From Azolla caroliniana (Eukaryota; Plantae; Polypodiophyta), in contig JBHGNT010001030.1 of NCBI GenBank assembly GCA_043228905.1, positions 1-12,830 of the forward strand: DNA of 12,830 bases, given 5' to 3'. This document shows positions 8,713-12,830 of the stretch, piece after piece; within the stretch, counting starts at the first letter, position 1, and every line of letters starts with the position of its first letter. The position numbers were made by a program, and so were the translations under genes. The notes below the pieces were generated by a model. The model was given only the letters and a program-made list of their open reading frames with translations, did no database searches and was not told where the DNA came from.

Positions 8713-11577
8713 CTGCAACGAACGGCCACATCATTAGCTTATAGCTATAGTTCATTTTTAAGGAAATGCATGTGTTACAAGAAATGCATATAGTTAAAGG
8801 AGAGTTTTGTATACATGAGTTTTTCTGCTTCAAGTAAGTCTGAAGGACTAGTTTAGTTGGAAGTCATATAGGAAAGATAGGAATGAATGAGTAGATATAA
8901 TTTCAGTATACTTCAATGTTACATGCACTAATGTAAAGTTTTGATTGGTTGAAGCTTATGGCAAAAGGTGAGGGCGTAAAGGCAGATGGAGAAAATAAAA
9001 GGCATATGTATGTCCAGCAAATGATCTTAAAACATAAAGATCCAAATGTTGACACATCACAACCCTTCTAATGCAGTTGAGGGTTGCATTCTAGGCACAT
9101 ACATCGTTTGAAGGGATTGCATTCTTTCATTCATGATATTAAAAGTTTTATTCTCCTTGCACAGTCTACTTTTGTTACACCAAGTCAATCATATTGAACT
9201 TTATAGAGGTACTTGATCACTGTACAGATGTACTGGCCATTTAATTATTTATCAATGTGCGCTAACAATGGGGTTCATACTACTCAAGAGAGGGCATCCT
9301 ACTCATTTGAGGATTTCATTTCCCACCAACTCATCTGCAACATGAATTGAGATATTAAACTTGCCGATGATTCCTGAGTTACTTTCTAAGTTGTATGCAA
9401 ATAAGTAATCCTAATTTTCATTTTTGGCCATCATGGTTCTTTCTTCAGGAAGGGAGGGAGAGAGTATCGCTCTTCTACAATCATGTGTTACTTCAGATCT
9501 TGGAACAAATTGACAATGCCGAAAATTTTCCAATTCCTTGTTACATATGTACATGCTCTCGACACATCTTTTGGGATACCACAAGCCTCCATTATGATCA
9601 TGGCTCTCAAAATTCTCTCAATCAACAAACATGAAATGTGGCTACGAGGCCTGAATGTATACTTCACAATACTAGAGATTACACCAGATGTTTTATGTGT
9701 TTACATAATTTCTGAGACTTCCTAAACATTGGGGAACATGTTTGCAGGAGTTGCCTCTCTACATAAGAAGCCTATTTCTAAAAGTTAATATAAATCCTAT
9801 ATTTCAAACACAAAAATAGTTGTGGTTTTTTGTGCCGTGTCTTGATTGTTAAATAAAGAAACGTCAGCCATTAGAATTTTCCCATATAAAATTTGCAAAT
9901 GTGAAGCTGTGCATCACAACAAAATGAAGTTTCCCATGAATGAACAAAAGATTCTGTCCATTCACCTCTGGTGCCGGTGAATTCCCCATTTTCCTTGGAA
10001 GTTGGATTCTCGGAGTTCCGATGACAACTGCCGACACTGCATCTTCAAGATCGCCAACAAGAGCTTCCAATTGAAGTGCTGTTTCTGTGATGGAAATCCT
10101 GCGATTAGTAGTTGGACATTCTCCAAGGGAGGAGTTATCATGGTCTCATTCTGTTATGACTCATGACGATGCGATAACTGATTAATTACATAAGATTGAG
10201 GAATGATACACAAAGACCCTGCACAAGGGATATCAAGCCCTTTATGTAAATGCAAAACCCAGGTTCTATGTCCAAATCATTTCCATTCCGGGGAAAAAAT
10301 TGTATTAGTCAATGGAGTTCCCTTTTCAAGCATGAGTTGATCGAAAATCATAAGAATGTTATGAACTTTTGTAGGAATTTTATACCATTTTGTTATATTT
10401 TGTTTATTCCATAAAGACTTCCAATCAGGAAGCTTAAAAATATATTATTTAACTTAGTTTTGGTCAATGAGGACATCATTTGTCATGATAACTGAATGAT
10501 GAACTATTATAAAAAGCAACTAATCCTCTTCTTAGTTTCTTCAGAACTTGCTTCAACTAATTATGCAGGCCACTAGCCGTTAGCATTACTTCAGACTCCA
10601 AAAATGATTCATTGATTGTGTAGGCTAGTCCTACTCTATCTACCCTTGATTGAGTGCTATCTAATTAGTTATGGATATGCTCCTAATACATCTACATAAA
10701 AATCAACAAGTTCTTCTCCTCACCCTCGTCTTTCTTCTTGAGGACCTACGCTACCCTTCATTATCTCCAAATTTAATGACTTATGTATATGCTCATTACA
10801 AGCCTATCATAAAAATCAATACTTTCTCCTTCTCTTCTTCTTATTTAGTTGTGTATGATAAAGAACACATATTTACCATAGAAATACATGGTTTCCCTTT
10901 ACTTTCTCCTTCTCCTAGTTTAGGTATGCATAAGCACTTAACACATTTATCATATAAACGTGCAGCTTCTCTTCTTAATCATCATCTTCTTCTTGAACTT
11001 CTTGGGTTTTTCCTACCATTACTCTCATACTCATCATATCTATCATAAAAAAATCAAAAATTTATTTCTTCTCTTTCTTCTAATTAAATAAGCATCTGCT
11101 CATCATTCATGAATCTAAAAGTGCAAAAGAATTCCTCTTAATCATTCTTCTTGAATTTACCTGCTCACCACCACCATTGCCAATCGCCATTGTTATCATT
11201 CAGATCTTACCTGCATAGAGCCGGACGCGCTCGACCCTGGCAACCTCCGCAGCAAGAACAGGGAGGCGACCAAAGAGATCACCGCCATCGGAATTCTCCG
11301 TGAGAAAAGTAGGGGAGCTTCTGCCTTCAAATTCCAGCAACTTCCGCTCAACCAAAGAGAGGGAGGATGCCACAGAAGAAGATGTGCCCGCCCAGGCGGA
11401 GAGGGCAGCTGCGGTGGAGGCATGGAGACATGAGAGGCGGTCCTGGCACTCGCGGAGCTCGTCGGAGAGACGTGTGAGAAGAGAAGGGGCGTTGGCTATG
11501 TCATCTACCGATCTGAAGTGATGGTTGAGGAAAGATCGGAGAGGAGGAGGAGGAGGAAGAACAGTGCTTGGTTCCAT
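6643..11577 (-). CDS. MAG2L: RINT1/Tip20-family ER tethering factor (MAG2/MAG2-like), 3 exons, 851 aa
   Basis: complement(join(6643..8712,9966..10084,11211..11577)) = 2556 nt with GT-AG introns of phase 1 and 0. The spliced junction restores EVARVERVRLYAETALQLEALVGDLEDAV. Further recalled plant RINT1-like motifs are PQWKRLLVAVDIRVDK, AIADYRSKLAEIRWPPPL, WLHIVDLAISFDK and VFDEE. MAG2 versus MAG2L orthology is not resolvable by eye. Confidence 0.92.
9966..10084 (-). CDS. MAG2L: RINT1-like exon 2
   Basis: tcacag|AA ACA GCA CTT CAA...CCA GAG|gtgaat, encoding (E)TALQLEALVGDLEDAVSAVVIGTPRIQLPRKMGNSPAPE. Confidence 0.9.
11211..11577 (-). CDS. MAG2L: RINT1-like exon 1
   Basis: ccaATGg start; MEPSTVLPPPPPLRSFLNHHF...ARVERVRLYA; donor GCA G|gtaaga, phase 1; GC-rich. 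Confidence 0.92.
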
Positions 11578-11607
11578 TGGAGAGTTAGAGCAGAGGACAA
11601 TTCAGAA

Positions 11608-11612
<5 letters not shown>

Positions 11613-11648
<36 letters not shown>
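11613..11648. repeat. (TC)18 / (GA)18 microsatellite in the leader or core promoter of the RINT1-like gene (candidate GAGA/BPC element)
   Basis: Perfect 36-bp dinucleotide run beginning 35 nt upstream of the minus-strand ATG. Confidence 0.92.
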
Positions 11649-11650
<2 letters not shown>

Positions 11651-11706
11651 AAGGCATATACATATATCATTATAATTTATATGTATATACTACAGTGACA
11701 GTGCCA

Positions 11707-11995
11707 TAGTGTGAACCATACGTACCATACGGGTATTCGCATTCGATAATGCTTCAATCATTCGAGTATGGTAAACACCCTCAACGTATGGTATATTACC
11801 ATACTTTTGTATTCATTATACATATATTTATTATAAGGTAAATTGTTTTCTAAGGTAAGAAAGTTAAGGTAAAAAGTGTTTAAAAAAAAAAACATAAGAA
11901 TGTTTTGATAACATACTCATTCGTATTCGTTCATATGAAAATGACTGTTTGCCAATGCATTCGAGTATATTACGTACTATGCTACGGTCCACCTA
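11707..11995. mobile_element. Candidate decayed non-autonomous DNA transposon (MITE, possibly hAT-like)
   Basis: Imperfect terminal inverted repeats: left TAGTGTGAACCATA, right (reverse complement) TAG-GTGGACCGTA. Six ATTCG motifs are clustered three near each end around an AT-rich core. No target-site duplication was found. Confidence 0.45.
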
Positions 11996-12200
11996 TACAT
12001 ATGTGTTATGTGAAATCATATCAATATATACATATGTAGTAGTACAGTATACATGTAATACATATGTTGTAGTATATGTATATACACATACTACATATAT
12101 ATGTATATACTACATTCTCCATATAGTACTACATTTGTATATGTATTATATCAATATGTGTATACACATGTGTGCATGTGTGGTATATGTATGTATATAC
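11996..12200. repeat. Degenerate (TA)/(TACA)/(TG) low-complexity tract
   Basis: Repeated tatacatatgt-like units. This explains the Y/V/I/C-rich spurious ORFs. Confidence 0.8.
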
Positions 12201-12760
12201 AGATGTGGGCAATGAGAGGAGGGAGAGATGGTTGCTCGTGGGACAATCGCAACTGGTGTCCCGTCAATTTTCAATATCTCTCTATGTAACTAATGTAATT
12301 TTTAGGAACAAGGGGAGACGATGAATGTGGTCACACCTACACCACTCGGCCTCTCTCTTGATGAAGCGGAAATGCAAAGAACAAACAAACGCCCTCTTAT
12401 GTTGGGCTTCAAAGCCACTCGACGTGGAGTAGAAACGATTAAGAAGATAAAGGAACGTGAGCTACGCCGCTTAGAAGCTATGGTTGGGCTACCTTTTACA
12501 TTGGACCACGGGCTACATCCACAGTGAAACCCTTTGACCTCCCGCTTCTTTTCGAAATACTTGGATGGAAATGACACTAGGCCTAATATAAAGCCATTTC
12601 CTTATAGAAAATGTTTCTTTTTACTAGAACTGTTTAGCTTAAGCTCTTTTTTTTCTTCTTTTTTTACTTTCGATGAATGGGTAAATACCCCATTTTTGTT
12701 GTAACCAATTGTCTCATGGGCCAATTTTGGTCTTAGAAGACGTCAATATGTCTTTCTTGT

Positions 12761-12788
12761 TCTCTCTCTTTCTCTCTCTCTCTCTCTC
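12761..12788. repeat. Interrupted (TC)n microsatellite
   Basis: tctctctctttctctctctctctctctc. Confidence 0.85.
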
Positions 12789-12830
12789 CTTTTAGGAGTT
12801 CTTCCCCAATACTCCTCTTCATTAGTAGAA

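Noticed and set aside
8713-8718. TTG start of the 691-aa ORF as a standalone gene start
   Set aside because: TTGCAG is the intron acceptor. The protein continues from exons 1-2.
10671-11048. 125-aa + strand ORF in RINT1-like intron 1 (also 9395..9725 in intron 2)
   Set aside because: AT/CT-rich intronic sequence with Leu/Ser/Tyr bias and no domain or splice support.
11949-12289. Y/V/I/C-rich ORFs
   Set aside because: They are translations of the TA/TG low-complexity tract.

Overview
Eukaryotic, land-plant-type genomic DNA with two convergent, intron-containing genes. (1) On the + strand is a 7-exon CYP21-4-like membrane-anchored cyclophilin, join(1974..2131,2945..2981,4097..4156,4253..4338,4430..4567,4750..4900,5037..5123), 238 aa. 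It has a degenerate PPIase site and ends in -HDEL. (2) On the - strand is a 3-exon RINT1/Tip20-family (MAG2/MAG2L-like) ER tethering factor, complement(join(6643..8712,9966..10084,11211..11577)), 851 aa. Both models have GT-AG introns with consistent phases. Other elements are a 103-bp tandem duplication across the RINT1-like stop codon, a heavily decayed Ty1/copia-like gag-protease remnant at the left end, a candidate non-autonomous DNA transposon (MITE) upstream of the RINT1-like gene, and several microsatellites. I see no convincing new multi-gene system. The best leads are the HDEL on the cyclophilin and a possible in-frame alternative last exon that would remove it. All family assignments come from recalled motifs, not database searches.
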